From sequence record SRR20825010_2423: a stretch of 20,000 bases of DNA; one strand, 5' to 3'. The notes under the pieces are model-generated. The model was not told the origin of the DNA, made no database searches, and was given only the letters and a program-made list of their open reading frames with translations. Each line of letters opens with the position of its first letter. Position 1 is the stretch's first letter. Below, piece by piece: positions 1 to 8,976 of this stretch. Both the position numbers and the translations under genes were made by a program.

Positions 1-26
1 GCGTGATTCATTTGAATGTTCTTCAT
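1..26 (-). CDS. pilA: 5' end of probable type IV major pilin (prepilin leader, MKNIQMNH...), truncated by window edge
   Basis: Minus strand reads AGAGG-N7-ATG AAG AAC ATT CAA ATG AAT CAC GC. It is divergent from pilB and downstream of a sigma-54 promoter, the classic pilA/pilBCD arrangement. The diagnostic G|FTLIE motif lies outside the window. Confidence 0.7.
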
Positions 27-122
27 TAGTCGACCTCTGTGTTTGTCGTTAATCCACTCGATACGGCCCGGGCCCGGCGGAGTCGCACCCCGTGACCGGT
101 ATCTAGAGCCTGGGTTTCGTTA

Positions 123-138
123 AGCATTGCTCGTGCCA
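123..138 (-). promoter_or_regulatory. Sigma-54 (RpoN) -24/-12 promoter for pilA
   Basis: Minus strand TGGCACGAGCAATGCT = TGGCAC-N5-ATGC, with exact GG-N10-GC spacing. pilA is RpoN/PilR-dependent in Pseudomonas and relatives. Confidence 0.85.
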
Positions 139-168
139 ACTAAAGTCAGCCGTCGACAAACGCCTTAT

Positions 169-181
169 TATCAGCACTTTA
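169..181 (+). promoter_or_regulatory. IHF binding site
   Basis: TATCAGCACTTTA matches the WATCAR-N4-TTR consensus. It sits between the sigma-54 promoter and the upstream palindromes, where IHF bends DNA at RpoN promoters. Confidence 0.6.
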
Positions 182-205
182 TAAAACATTGTGAAATTCA
201 TCGCA

Positions 206-262
206 TCGACAAAAGAAGTCGACCCCATGCCCTGACGCGTCACTGGGTGACAATTTTTGTCA
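206..262. promoter_or_regulatory. Candidate upstream activator (PilR-type enhancer) sites
   Basis: Three inverted repeats: TCGAC-N7-GTCGA (206-222), TGACGCGTCA (233-242) and TGACA-N5-TGTCA (248-262), about 95-150 bp upstream of the predicted pilA transcription start (~111). Confidence 0.5.
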
Positions 263-409
263 GATGACACATCCATAGACACCGTGTTTTCCGGGCATAC
301 GACCACTTCATTACCCGCACGCCTTTCCAAACCGTTGCCAGCCATCTAAACTCACTCCATTAGACCAACATCCGTTTCAGACACTTAGGCTGCGTTTTTT
401 ACACAATTT

Positions 410-2125
410 ATGTCTACCAATAAAAGCAATGTAACGCTTACAGGCCTGGCGAGACGCTTCGTCGATGACGGGCTTATTGATGAATCCACCGCGAAAGATG
501 CCTTTCTCCAAGCATCCCACAACCGCATTCCACTCATTACCTACCTGGTACAGAACAACCTGGCGAACAGCGGAGGACTCGCCTTCTCCGCTGCGATGGA
601 GTTCGGTGTTTCAGTTCTGGATCTCAACGCCTTTATGCCGGAGATGATGCCCGATAAGGTCGTAGATGAAAAACTGATACGAAAACACAACGCCCTGCCG
701 CTCTATAAGCGTGGAAACCGGCTGTTTATCGCAGTCTCCGACCCGACCAACATTCAGGCGTTGGACGAGATCAAGTTTAATACCGGCCTGAGCACCGATG
801 CCATCCTGGTGGACGACGCCAAGCTCCGGGAAGCCATCGACAAGTATCTTGAGTCCCACGATACGTCGATGGGTGATCTGGATGATGCCGACCTTGAAGG
901 CGTTGAAACCGAAGGCGGTGACCAGGAAGACGATGCCGTTGTCGCGACGAGCGATGTCGACGATGCCCCCATCGTAAAGTACGTGAACAAGATGCTTCTT
1001 GACGCCATTCGCGGGGGGGCCTCGGACGTTCACTTTGAACCCTATGAGAAAACCTATCGGGTTCGATACCGCACCGACGGCATTCTGAAAGAAATGTCGC
1101 GCCCCTCCATCAAGTTGGCCCCGAAGATTTCTGCCCGGGTAAAAATCATGGCGCAGCTGGATATCTCGGAGCGCCGGGTCCCGCAGGACGGCCGGATCAA
1201 GATGAAGCTGTCCAAGACCAAGGCTATCGACTTCCGGGTCAACACTCTCCCTACACTTTGGGGAGAAAAGATCGTTCTGCGGATTCTCGACCCAAGTCAG
1301 GCGAAGCTCGGCATCGATGTTCTGGGTTATGAGGAAGAACAGAAACAGCTGTACCTGGACGCCCTTGAGCAGCCACAGGGAATGATACTGGTGACGGGAC
1401 CCACCGGCTCGGGCAAGACAGTTTCCCTTTATACCGGCCTGAACATACTGAACACACCAGAAAGGAACATCTCCACAGCCGAAGACCCTGCGGAAATCAA
1501 CCTGGAAGGCATCAACCAGGTCAACGTCAATACCAGGGTGGGCCTCGGCTTTGCGGAAGCATTGAGAGCCTTTCTGCGTCAGGATCCGGACATCATCATG
1601 GTGGGTGAGATCCGAGACCTGGAAACGGCGAACATTGCTATCAAAGCGGCGCAAACAGGGCACCTGGTGCTCTCGACCCTGCACACCAACAGCGCTGCGG
1701 AAACGCTCACGCGCATGATGAACATGGGCGTTCCGTCCTTCAACATCGCCACGTCGGTGAGCCTGATCATTGCCCAGCGACTGGGCCGTCGGCTTTGTAA
1801 CTCTTGTAGACAACCTGCCGACATCCCCAAAGACGTGCTTTTAGCGGAGGGGTTCACACAGGAACAAATTGATACAGGGTTCACGTTGTACCGTCCCAAG
1901 GGCTGTGATAAATGCAATGGTGGATATAAAGGCCGCGTCGGGATTTACGAGGTGGTCAAGATTACCGACGAGCTGGCGAACATGATTATGGAAGAAGCCA
2001 GTTCGATTAAAATTGCAAAGCAGGCACAGTCCGAAGGCTTCCCGAACTTGCGGCAATCCGCCCTTAAAAAAGTCATTGAGGGCGTGACCAGTCTTGAGGA
2101 AGCCAACCGCGTGACGAAGGATTAA
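410..2125 (+). CDS. pilB: Type IV-A pilus assembly ATPase PilB
   Basis: Walker A GPTGSGKT, Asp box TAEDPAE, LRQDPDIIMVGEIRD, His box GHLVLSTLHTN, tetracysteine Zn motif CNSC...CDKC, and ASDVHFEP / ERRVPQDGRI motifs. Confidence 0.97.
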   Translation: MSTNKSNVTLTGLARRFVDDGLIDESTAKDAFLQASHNRIPLITYLVQNNLANSGGLAFSAAMEFGVSVLDLNAFMPEMMPDKVVDEKLIRKHNALPLYKRGNRLFIAVSDPTNIQALDEIKFNTGLSTDAILVDDAKLREAIDKYLESHDTSMGDLDDADLEGVETEGGDQEDDAVVATSDVDDAPIVKYVNKMLLDAIRGGASDVHFEPYEKTYRVRYRTDGILKEMSRPSIKLAPKISARVKIMAQLDISERRVPQDGRIKMKLSKTKAIDFRVNTLPTLWGEKIVLRILDPSQAKLGIDVLGYEEEQKQLYLDALEQPQGMILVTGPTGSGKTVSLYTGLNILNTPERNISTAEDPAEINLEGINQVNVNTRVGLGFAEALRAFLRQDPDIIMVGEIRDLETANIAIKAAQTGHLVLSTLHTNSAAETLTRMMNMGVPSFNIATSVSLIIAQRLGRRLCNSCRQPADIPKDVLLAEGFTQEQIDTGFTLYRPKGCDKCNGGYKGRVGIYEVVKITDELANMIMEEASSIKIAKQAQSEGFPNLRQSALKKVIEGVTSLEEANRVTKD

Positions 2126-2127
2126 GC

Positions 2128-3348
2128 ATGGCAGAGAAAGCAGAGAAACTTCAGGCGTTCGTCTGGGAAGGCAAAGACCGCAAAGGCAACAAAACCAAGG
2201 GCGAGGTGTCTGGCACCAACCTGGCTCTGGTGAAGGCCCAGTTGCGTAAGCAGGGCATTATTCCAGACAAGGTGAAGAAAAAACCAAAGCCCCTGTTTGG
2301 CGGCAGCAAAAAGATCACGCCTTTCGACATCGCCATGCTTACCCGCCAGCTCGCCACCATGATGAAGGCTGGCGTGCCACTGGTTCAGAGTTTCGATATT
2401 GTGGCTGACGGCCTTGAAAACAGGGGCCTTCAAGAGCTGGTCACCAACATCCGCAACGATATTTCTTCGGGCACCAGTTTCGCCGGCGCCCTGCGAAAGT
2501 ATCCCAGGCATTTTGACGACTTGTACTGCAACCTGGTGGATTCCGGGGAAAAAGCCGGTGCCCTTGAGAGCATGTTGGACCGTATCGCCACCTATCTCGA
2601 GAAAACCGAGATCCTCAAGAAGAAAGTCAAAAAAGCCATGACGTATCCGGCCGCCATTATTGTGGTTGCCGTGATCGTGACCGCTATCCTGTTGGTAAAA
2701 GTGGTGCCCCAGTTCGAAAGCCTGTTCAAGGGCTTTGGAGCAGAGCTCCCCGTGTTCACGCAGATGGTTGTCAGACTGTCTGAGTGGCTTCAGACGTGGT
2801 GGTTTGTGGTATTACTGGGCATTGTAGGAACGATCTTCTTGTTCAAAGAAGCGGTGCGACGGTCTCAGAAGTTCTCTGACTTTGTGGACAAATACGTTTT
2901 GAAACTGCCTGTCGTGGGCGAAATCCTAGACAAGTCGGCCGTCGCCAAGTTTGGGCGCGTACTTTCCACGACCTTTGCGGCTGGTGTTCCGCTTGTCGAC
3001 GCCCTTGACTCCGTTGCCGGCGCGACCGGCAACGCCGTTTATCGGGATGCTATCCAGCGAATAAAAAACGATGTTTCGAGCGGTACCCAATTACAGGCCA
3101 CCATGCGCCAACAGGATGTGTTCCCGGTTATGGCCGTGCAATTGACCGCCATTGGTGAAGAATCCGGTAACCTGGATGAAATGCTGGAGAAAGTCGCCGT
3201 CCATTACGAAGCGGTGGTGGATGACATGGTCGACAACCTCACAGCCCTGCTGGAGCCGATCATCATGGCGGTACTGGGCGTACTCGTAGGCGGCTTGATC
3301 ATCGCTATGTACCTGCCGATCTTCCAGATGGGTCAGGTGGTTGGCTGA
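2128..3348 (+). CDS. pilC: Type IV pilus inner-membrane platform protein PilC (T2SS F family)
   Basis: FVWEGKDRKG N-terminus, TRQLATMMKAGVPL, GEKAGALESML, KKAMTYP, GEESGNLDEML and AMYLPIF motifs. Starts 2 nt after the pilB stop. Confidence 0.97.
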   Translation: MAEKAEKLQAFVWEGKDRKGNKTKGEVSGTNLALVKAQLRKQGIIPDKVKKKPKPLFGGSKKITPFDIAMLTRQLATMMKAGVPLVQSFDIVADGLENRGLQELVTNIRNDISSGTSFAGALRKYPRHFDDLYCNLVDSGEKAGALESMLDRIATYLEKTEILKKKVKKAMTYPAAIIVVAVIVTAILLVKVVPQFESLFKGFGAELPVFTQMVVRLSEWLQTWWFVVLLGIVGTIFLFKEAVRRSQKFSDFVDKYVLKLPVVGEILDKSAVAKFGRVLSTTFAAGVPLVDALDSVAGATGNAVYRDAIQRIKNDVSSGTQLQATMRQQDVFPVMAVQLTAIGEESGNLDEMLEKVAVHYEAVVDDMVDNLTALLEPIIMAVLGVLVGGLIIAMYLPIFQMGQVVG

Positions 3349-3370
3349 TCACGCCCTTCCTTTCACCACC

Positions 3371-3410
3371 CCCTCTCCCCACCCCTCTTCCGCAATGGGA
3401 GAGGGGCTTT
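3371..3410 (+). repeat. BoxC/REP-like intergenic palindrome (pyrimidine tail plus hairpin)
   Basis: CCCTCTCCCCA followed by the stem CCCCTCTTCC-GCAAT-GGGAGAGGGG (3382-3406, one G-U pair), then CTTT. Only one copy is visible in this window. Confidence 0.5.
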
Positions 3411-3433
3411 GATGGCGCAGATTGAGAGTTTTG

Positions 3434-4309
3434 ATGATTTCCGTTGATACGTTCCTGGCCACGCCCTGGCTTCTCTATACCGCAGTCATTTTCTTCTCCC
3501 TCTGCATCGGTAGCTTCCTGAATGTGGTGATCCTTCGCCTGCCGAAGATGATGCAGCAGGACTGGCGCTGCCAATGCGAAGAGTTCCTGGAGCTATCAGA
3601 CGATCAACGCAAGAACGATGAGCCGATTACGCTCTCCAAACCTGCCTCCACCTGCCCTTCCTGCGGTCACGGGATTCGCGCCTGGGAAAACGTCCCTGTC
3701 ATCAGCTACCTGGTTTTGGGCGGCAAATGCGCTTCCTGCAAAGCGGGCATTTCACCGCGATACCCTATCATTGAGGCGATTACCGCGCTGTTTTCGGTGG
3801 TGACCATTCAGGTCATGGGGCCATCTGAGGCTGCATTATGGTCTCTGCTGTTGGTATGGGTATTAATCGCACTGACCGTGATTGATTTCGACACCCAGTT
3901 GTTGCCAGACAGCATGACGCTGCCCCTCATGTGGCTCGGCCTGATACTGAATTACTTCGGCGTGCTGACGGATTTCAGCAGTGCCTTCTGGGGCGCGGTG
4001 GCAGGCTATCTGTCGCTGTGGTCGGTGTACTGGCTGTTCAAGTTGGTAACCGGCAAGGAGGGCATGGGCCACGGCGATTTCAAGTTATTGGCGGCGCTGG
4101 GCGCCTGGCTGGGCTGGGAATTGCTGCCGGCGGTGATTTTGTTGTCGTCTTTGGTCGGTGCCGTTGTGGGGATTAGTTTGATGGTGTTCCGCAAGCACGG
4201 CCGCGAAGTGCCAATTCCGTTCGGGCCCTATTTGGCGGCAGCGGGTTTGCTCTGCCTTTGGTTTGGGGCAGAAATTCAGGCAGCCTGGTTTACCTATCTG
4301 GGGGTTTGA
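3434..4309 (+). CDS. pilD: Prepilin peptidase / N-methyltransferase PilD (peptidase A24)
   Basis: GSFLNVVILRLP, CPSC...CASC Zn motif, catalytic IDFD and GMGHGDFKL, IPFGPYLA. ATG at 3434 preferred over TTG at 3422 because GAGAG lies at 3424-3428. Confidence 0.96.
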   Translation: MISVDTFLATPWLLYTAVIFFSLCIGSFLNVVILRLPKMMQQDWRCQCEEFLELSDDQRKNDEPITLSKPASTCPSCGHGIRAWENVPVISYLVLGGKCASCKAGISPRYPIIEAITALFSVVTIQVMGPSEAALWSLLLVWVLIALTVIDFDTQLLPDSMTLPLMWLGLILNYFGVLTDFSSAFWGAVAGYLSLWSVYWLFKLVTGKEGMGHGDFKLLAALGAWLGWELLPAVILLSSLVGAVVGISLMVFRKHGREVPIPFGPYLAAAGLLCLWFGAEIQAAWFTYLGV

Positions 4310-4912
4310 ATGGCAGTCGTAGGCCTTACCGGCGGAATCGGTTCTGGCAAATCCACGGTCGCGCGGCTGTTCGGAGCGCTGGGAGTGCACTGGGTGGATG
4401 CGGATGATATTGCCCGCGAAGTCGTCGAACCCGGCACACCTGCCCTTGAAAAGGTTGCGGAGCATTTTGGGCAGGAGATCCTGCTGCCGGGTGGCGGCCT
4501 GGACCGTGCGGCGCTGAGGCGAATCGTATTCGATGCGCCGGAGAAACGCACCTGGCTGGAGGGGCTGTTGCACCCGGTAATCCGTGAGGAGCTGATGCGG
4601 CAACTGCGTCCGGTTAACTATTCCCTACCCTATGTACTTCTGGTGTCGCCTTTGTTGTTGGAAACCGACCAGCATGAGCTGGTCGAGAAAGTCGTCGTGG
4701 TGGATGTGCCGGTCGATGTGCAGATTCAGAGAACCATGGCCAGGGATACCAACGACAGAGAGCAGGTTGAACGCATCATCGCCGCTCAGATGCCGCGAGA
4801 ACAACGACTCCGGAAAGCCGATGACGTGGTGGACAACAACCTGGCTATAATGGATGTTGAGCGTCAGGTTGAACAGTTACACCAGACGTTCCTGGCAACC
4901 TTTGGGCGCTAG
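4310..4912 (+). CDS. coaE: Dephospho-CoA kinase
   Basis: VGLTGGIGSGKST P-loop, VDAD, LDRAALR, LLHP and AQM motifs. Abuts the pilD stop, as in the conserved pilD-coaE pair. Confidence 0.96.
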   Translation: MAVVGLTGGIGSGKSTVARLFGALGVHWVDADDIAREVVEPGTPALEKVAEHFGQEILLPGGGLDRAALRRIVFDAPEKRTWLEGLLHPVIREELMRQLRPVNYSLPYVLLVSPLLLETDQHELVEKVVVVDVPVDVQIQRTMARDTNDREQVERIIAAQMPREQRLRKADDVVDNNLAIMDVERQVEQLHQTFLATFGR

Positions 4913-5664
4913 TGTCTATGAGCCGACACCCCTCCCGCCCCGCCGTTGATGCCTTGACGCTGACCCCCATCGCCATTACCCGCTCCTGCTTCCGGGACAA
5001 GTTTGGTGTACCCCGACAACCGGGACTGACCCGCTTTGCCCACGCTGACCTGATCATCCAATCGCCCTTCGATCGCGAGGATGCGTTCCGGGGGTTGGAG
5101 ACGGCCAGTCACCTGTGGCTGACGTTCCAGTTCCATGAGGCGGTACGGGCGGAATGGCGGCCGGTGGTTCGGCCACCCCGGCTGGGAGGCAACAAAAAGA
5201 TAGGTGTGTTCGCCAGCCGGTCACCTTTCCGCCCCAACAGCCTGGGGCTGTCAGTCGTGAGAAACGAAGGACTGACGCGGGACGCGGGCGGTCACCTGGT
5301 GTTGCGGATTGGGGACCACGATCTTATCGACGGCACCCCCATCCTGGACATCAAGCCCTATCTGCCATTTGCAGATTCAGTGCCGGAAGCCACCTTGGGT
5401 TGGGCGGAGTCCGCACCGACGGATCGTCTACCGGTAGTGTTCCTGGATGAGGCTGACCAACAGCTCGCAGCCTTGCCAGCGGATCAGTATCCGGATTTCC
5501 GAGACTTGATAGAAGATGTGGTGAGCTACGACCCTCGCCCGTCGTTCCGGCGTGGCCGGGATGAAGAACGGATATACGGAGCGCATTTGTACGATCTGAA
5601 CGTGCGCTTCCGCTTTGTCCATGATGAATCACAGGAACGTGTCGAAGTGCTAACGGTCTGTTAA
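4912..5664 (+). CDS. tsaA: tRNA (N6-threonylcarbamoyladenosine37-N6)-methyltransferase TrmO (TsaA/YaeB)
   Basis: KFGVPRQPGL, VRPPRLGGN, GVFASRSPFRPNSLGLS, DLIDGTPILDIKPY and DPRP motifs. The start could be GTG 4912 or ATG 4918. Confidence 0.93.
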   Translation: MSMSRHPSRPAVDALTLTPIAITRSCFRDKFGVPRQPGLTRFAHADLIIQSPFDREDAFRGLETASHLWLTFQFHEAVRAEWRPVVRPPRLGGNKKIGVFASRSPFRPNSLGLSVVRNEGLTRDAGGHLVLRIGDHDLIDGTPILDIKPYLPFADSVPEATLGWAESAPTDRLPVVFLDEADQQLAALPADQYPDFRDLIEDVVSYDPRPSFRRGRDEERIYGAHLYDLNVRFRFVHDESQERVEVLTVC

Positions 5665-5696
5665 ACTGCAGATCGGTTGATTTTTCGACACAGGGA

Positions 5697-8057
5697 ATGC
5701 GTGCCTTGCCTCCGATCCGGTTATTCAGACGAATAGGTGTACGGCCACTGGCTGCCAGGCTGCTGGTATATGTTCTGTTGTTCAGTCTGATCCTGTCGCT
5801 GGCTGCCACCGGCGTTCAGATGATTGGCGAGTTTGAGCGCAGAACCGAAGAGTTGCGCAGCACCCAGGAACGCGCTGCGGAACTGGTTGCCGGCAGTATG
5901 AGCAACAACCTCTGGTTGATGAACTATAGCGAGGTTGCCAACAGCCTGGATGACATGCGCGCCATTCCGGTTATCCAGCATGCCCGGGTGATCACAGCCG
6001 CTGGCGAGGAGTTCAACACGGGTACCTATCCGGATGGCCGGGTGATCAGCCAATCCTTCCCCCTGGTGTTCAATCGCGCGTCCTTCAATAGCCCGGAAGC
6101 CATGGGCACCTTGACTGTGACGTCGTCTGTGGAAACCGTCTACAACGAGTTGATGGACCGGGCATTGCTCACACTGCTGTTCCAGTCGATGATCGTGATG
6201 CTGGGCACTCTCGGGCTTCTGGTCATTGTTCGGCTCACCCTTTCCCGTCATCTGGAATCGATTGCCGACTACGCCGCCCGGCTTAACCTGGACGCATTGA
6301 TTGAACCGCTGAGGCTCCGCCGCAAGCCCCCAAAGCGGGGTGACGAACTGAGTGAGCTGGAACAGGCGCTGAACACCATGCGCCTGCAGCTGCTGGAAGA
6401 CACCCGCTCCCTGCGCCAGACCTCCATCCAATCCCAGGATGAACGAGATCAAGCCGTGCGGGCAAACCATGCCAAGAATCAGTTCCTGGCCAACGTCAGC
6501 CATGAGTTGCGCATTCCGCTGCAATCGGTGCTGGGCTACGCCAATCTCCTGTCAGATACCCCCCTCGATCAGGACCAGCGGGAATATGTCCACACCCTGC
6601 TCAACGCTTCGGAGGGATTGTCGGCCATTATCAATGACCTGCTGGACATCTCCAGTATGGAAGCCGGCAAGCTGGTGCTGGATGACATTCCCTTTGACCT
6701 TCGCGACACCTTGAATGATCTGGTGCATATGCTGGGTGCACGGGCTCGGGAAAAGGGTCTGGCGCTGGAACTGCGAATTGACGAGAACCTGCCCTGGGCC
6801 CTGAAAGGGGATCCGGTACGGCTGAGGCAGATTCTGCTCAACATGACATCCAACGCCATCAAGTTTACCGACTCCGGGCACGTGCTGATCAGCATCGAGG
6901 TGCTGGGTCGGCGGGATAACAACGTACGACTTCGGGTGGCGGTTGAAGACACGGGCGTGGGGATCAACCCCGAGGATATACCGCTGGTGTACGAGCCCTA
7001 CGTTCAGCTCGGTCAGCGTTTTCAGCGACAATTGCCGGGTGCAGGCCTGGGCCTGACCATTTGTCGCCAGCTGGTTCAGTTGATGGACGGCTCACTGGAC
7101 CTTGAGAGTAAACCCGGCGAGGGCTCCACCTTCTGGATGGAGCTCAGCCTGCAGGTTGCGCCAGAGAGCGCCGCCCGCGGTCGACCGGATACCAGCATGA
7201 TCCGCGGGCGGCACATTCTGGTGGTGGACTCCTATGAACTGTCCCGCAAGATTACCCTGGAAATGCTTTCGCGCCACGAGTTGGATATCGAAGCGGTAAA
7301 ATCCGCCGGCGAGGCACTGACCTCATTGCGGTTGGCCTCGGACAACCACAAGCCCTTTGATGCCTTGGTGCTGGACGGGTTTGTACCGGATATGGACAGT
7401 GACCTGTTGTGCCGACAGATCCGTAGCAACCCGGAATGGGGCCATACACGGCTATTGATTCTGTCGTCCAACCCCCAGCGGGGGGATGCAGAGCACTTCC
7501 GGCAGGCCGGCGCCGATGCCTTCCTCAGCAAGTCCCTGCGGGAATCGTGCCTGACCCCTATCCTGCACCAACTGTTTTCGGATTCCGTCCGTAATGAACG
7601 TCGCTTCCTGACCCGGTTTTCCCTGCAAGCCGTCAGTGACAATACCCGCCGCCAGGAATTACCCTGCGGCCGCATGAAAGTTCTGTTGGTGGAAGATAAC
7701 CCGGTCAACCGCACCCTCACCCGCCGGCTGCTGGAAAAGTTAGGCTGTGATGTGATGACGGCGAATGACGGCGAAGCCGCCTCCAGTCTCTGGCAATGGC
7801 ACCCCTTTGATTTGATTTTCATGGATTGTGTGATGCCCCGGGTGGATGGTTTCGAGGCCACTCGCCGCCTGCGCCAATGGGAGAAGGACCACAACCGTAA
7901 TCGGGTACCTGTGGTGGCGCTGACTGCAAGCGCTATGGAAAAGGATGAAGAGCGCTGCCGCGAGGCAGGCATGGACTCGTTTGTTGCAAAGCCGGTCAAT
8001 ATTGAAATGTTGCGGGCGGTTCTGGAACAATACTGCCAAGCCTCCGCATCCACCTGA
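5697..8057 (+). CDS. Membrane-bound hybrid sensor histidine kinase (2 TM, HAMP, HisKA, HATPase, two receiver domains)
   Basis: Two hydrophobic segments, HAMP-like [14 protein letters not shown]-box [14 protein letters not shown]-box NAIKFT, G1 EDTGVGI, G2 GAGLGL. REC1 is ILVVDS...LVLD...LSK and REC2 is VLLVEDN...IFMDCVMP...VAKP. No HPt domain seen. Confidence 0.92.
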   Translation: MRALPPIRLFRRIGVRPLAARLLVYVLLFSLILSLAATGVQMIGEFERRTEELRSTQERAAELVAGSMSNNLWLMNYSEVANSLDDMRAIPVIQHARVITAAGEEFNTGTYPDGRVISQSFPLVFNRASFNSPEAMGTLTVTSSVETVYNELMDRALLTLLFQSMIVMLGTLGLLVIVRLTLSRHLESIADYAARLNLDALIEPLRLRRKPPKRGDELSELEQALNTMRLQLLEDTRSLRQTSIQSQDERDQAVRANHAKNQFLANVSHELRIPLQSVLGYANLLSDTPLDQDQREYVHTLLNASEGLSAIINDLLDISSMEAGKLVLDDIPFDLRDTLNDLVHMLGARAREKGLALELRIDENLPWALKGDPVRLRQILLNMTSNAIKFTDSGHVLISIEVLGRRDNNVRLRVAVEDTGVGINPEDIPLVYEPYVQLGQRFQRQLPGAGLGLTICRQLVQLMDGSLDLESKPGEGSTFWMELSLQVAPESAARGRPDTSMIRGRHILVVDSYELSRKITLEMLSRHELDIEAVKSAGEALTSLRLASDNHKPFDALVLDGFVPDMDSDLLCRQIRSNPEWGHTRLLILSSNPQRGDAEHFRQAGADAFLSKSLRESCLTPILHQLFSDSVRNERRFLTRFSLQAVSDNTRRQELPCGRMKVLLVEDNPVNRTLTRRLLEKLGCDVMTANDGEAASSLWQWHPFDLIFMDCVMPRVDGFEATRRLRQWEKDHNRNRVPVVALTASAMEKDEERCREAGMDSFVAKPVNIEMLRAVLEQYCQASAST

Positions 8058-8077
8058 ATACCCGACACAAGGCCACC

Positions 8078-8266
8078 ATGAACGTAGAATGTCCCACCTG
8101 TAAAAAGTCCGCGGAATGGAATGAGAATAACCCGTTTCGCCCTTTCTGCTCCGAACGCTGTAAACTGATTGATCTGGGCGCCTGGGCCAATGAGGAATAT
8201 CGTGTTCCCGCAGAAAATGCGTCCCCCGACGATCTGGATCAGGGCGGCGACACAACCACCCATTGA
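8078..8266 (+). CDS. yacG: DNA gyrase inhibitor YacG
   Basis: VECPTC...[17 protein letters not shown] zinc-finger signature. Confidence 0.95.
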   Translation: MNVECPTCKKSAEWNENNPFRPFCSERCKLIDLGAWANEEYRVPAENASPDDLDQGGDTTTH

Positions 8267-8301
8267 TCGCCCGCATTAACCCGCCCTTAACCCGTTTTAA
8301 G

Positions 8302-8330
8302 TTGAGCCACTTGGGCCGGACCGTTAACAT
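8302..8330 (+). promoter_or_regulatory. Sigma-70 promoter for the YfaZ-family gene
   Basis: TTGAGC (8302-8307) - 17 nt - TAACAT (8325-8330), followed by an AAGAAGG Shine-Dalgarno before ATG 8368. Confidence 0.55.
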
Positions 8331-8367
8331 TCCGGCGGTTACATTCAAACATTAAGAAGGTCGAAGA

Positions 8368-8922
8368 ATGAAAGCGTCCCGAATTCCCCTTATCGTTCTG
8401 TCACTTGCGGCAGCACCTGTATACGCCTCCGATGTGGACCTGAGCCTGACCAACGACTCGGTCAAGGGCCAGGTCAACTTCTTCGGCACCAATTCCGACA
8501 TCCAGGTCGGCACCGGCTATACCTATCACGAAGGCAGCCGTCACATCGGCAACGTGGATTTCCACGCCCAGGGCCGCACCGCCATTGGCAACCTGCCCAC
8601 CACAGCGGGCATTGGTGTTCGCGCCTTCGGATGGGATGATGATCGGCTGGACGGCGGCGCCGTGGCTCTCGGCGGCTTTGCCACCGTGAATGTACCCAAC
8701 GTACCCGGGTTGTCATTCACCGGCGGGCTTCACTACGCGCCCAGCATCCTTGCCTTTGGCGATTCCGATGACCTCACCAGCCTTGAGCTTCGCGGCAGCT
8801 ACCGTGTTATCCGCAACGCCGAGGTGTTTGCCGGTTACCGCTACCTGAATACCGACTTTGACGGTCGTGGTGACTTGAACCTGGATGAAGGCGTGATGGC
8901 CGGCATGAAGATCTTCTTCTGA
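8368..8922 (+). CDS. YfaZ-family small outer-membrane beta-barrel protein
   Basis: Signal peptide (ends VYA-S), alternating beta-strand pattern, YAPSILAFGD and FAGYRYL motifs typical of YfaZ, C-terminal Phe, 184 aa. Confidence 0.8.
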   Translation: MKASRIPLIVLSLAAAPVYASDVDLSLTNDSVKGQVNFFGTNSDIQVGTGYTYHEGSRHIGNVDFHAQGRTAIGNLPTTAGIGVRAFGWDDDRLDGGAVALGGFATVNVPNVPGLSFTGGLHYAPSILAFGDSDDLTSLELRGSYRVIRNAEVFAGYRYLNTDFDGRGDLNLDEGVMAGMKIFF

Positions 8923-8942
8923 TCAGGTCCTGATTCCGCAGA

Positions 8943-8976
8943 GTAACCCTGCCCGCCTCTACCAGGGCGGGGTTAC
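8943..8976 (+). terminator. Stem-loop after the YfaZ-family gene (possible terminator or mRNA stabiliser)
   Basis: GTAACCCTGCCC-N10-GGGCGGGGTTAC, a 12-bp stem with one G-U pair. There is no clear U-tract, so read-through is possible. Confidence 0.45.

Noticed and set aside
103..345. 80-aa minus-strand ORF in the pilA-pilB intergenic region
   Set aside because: It runs across the sigma-54 promoter, IHF site and enhancer sites and has no recognisable homology, so it is probably spurious.
431..580. Possible MshEN c-di-GMP-binding motif at the PilB N-terminus
   Set aside because: GLARRFVDDGLI and PLITYLVQNNLA lack the RLG signature. The motif is degenerate, as in many gammaproteobacterial PilB proteins.
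611..1813. 400-aa minus-strand ORF
   Set aside because: It lies wholly antisense to pilB and has no protein-like features.
7232..8263. 343-aa minus-strand ORF
   Set aside because: It is antisense to the kinase receiver domains and yacG, with a Ser/Arg-rich shadow composition.
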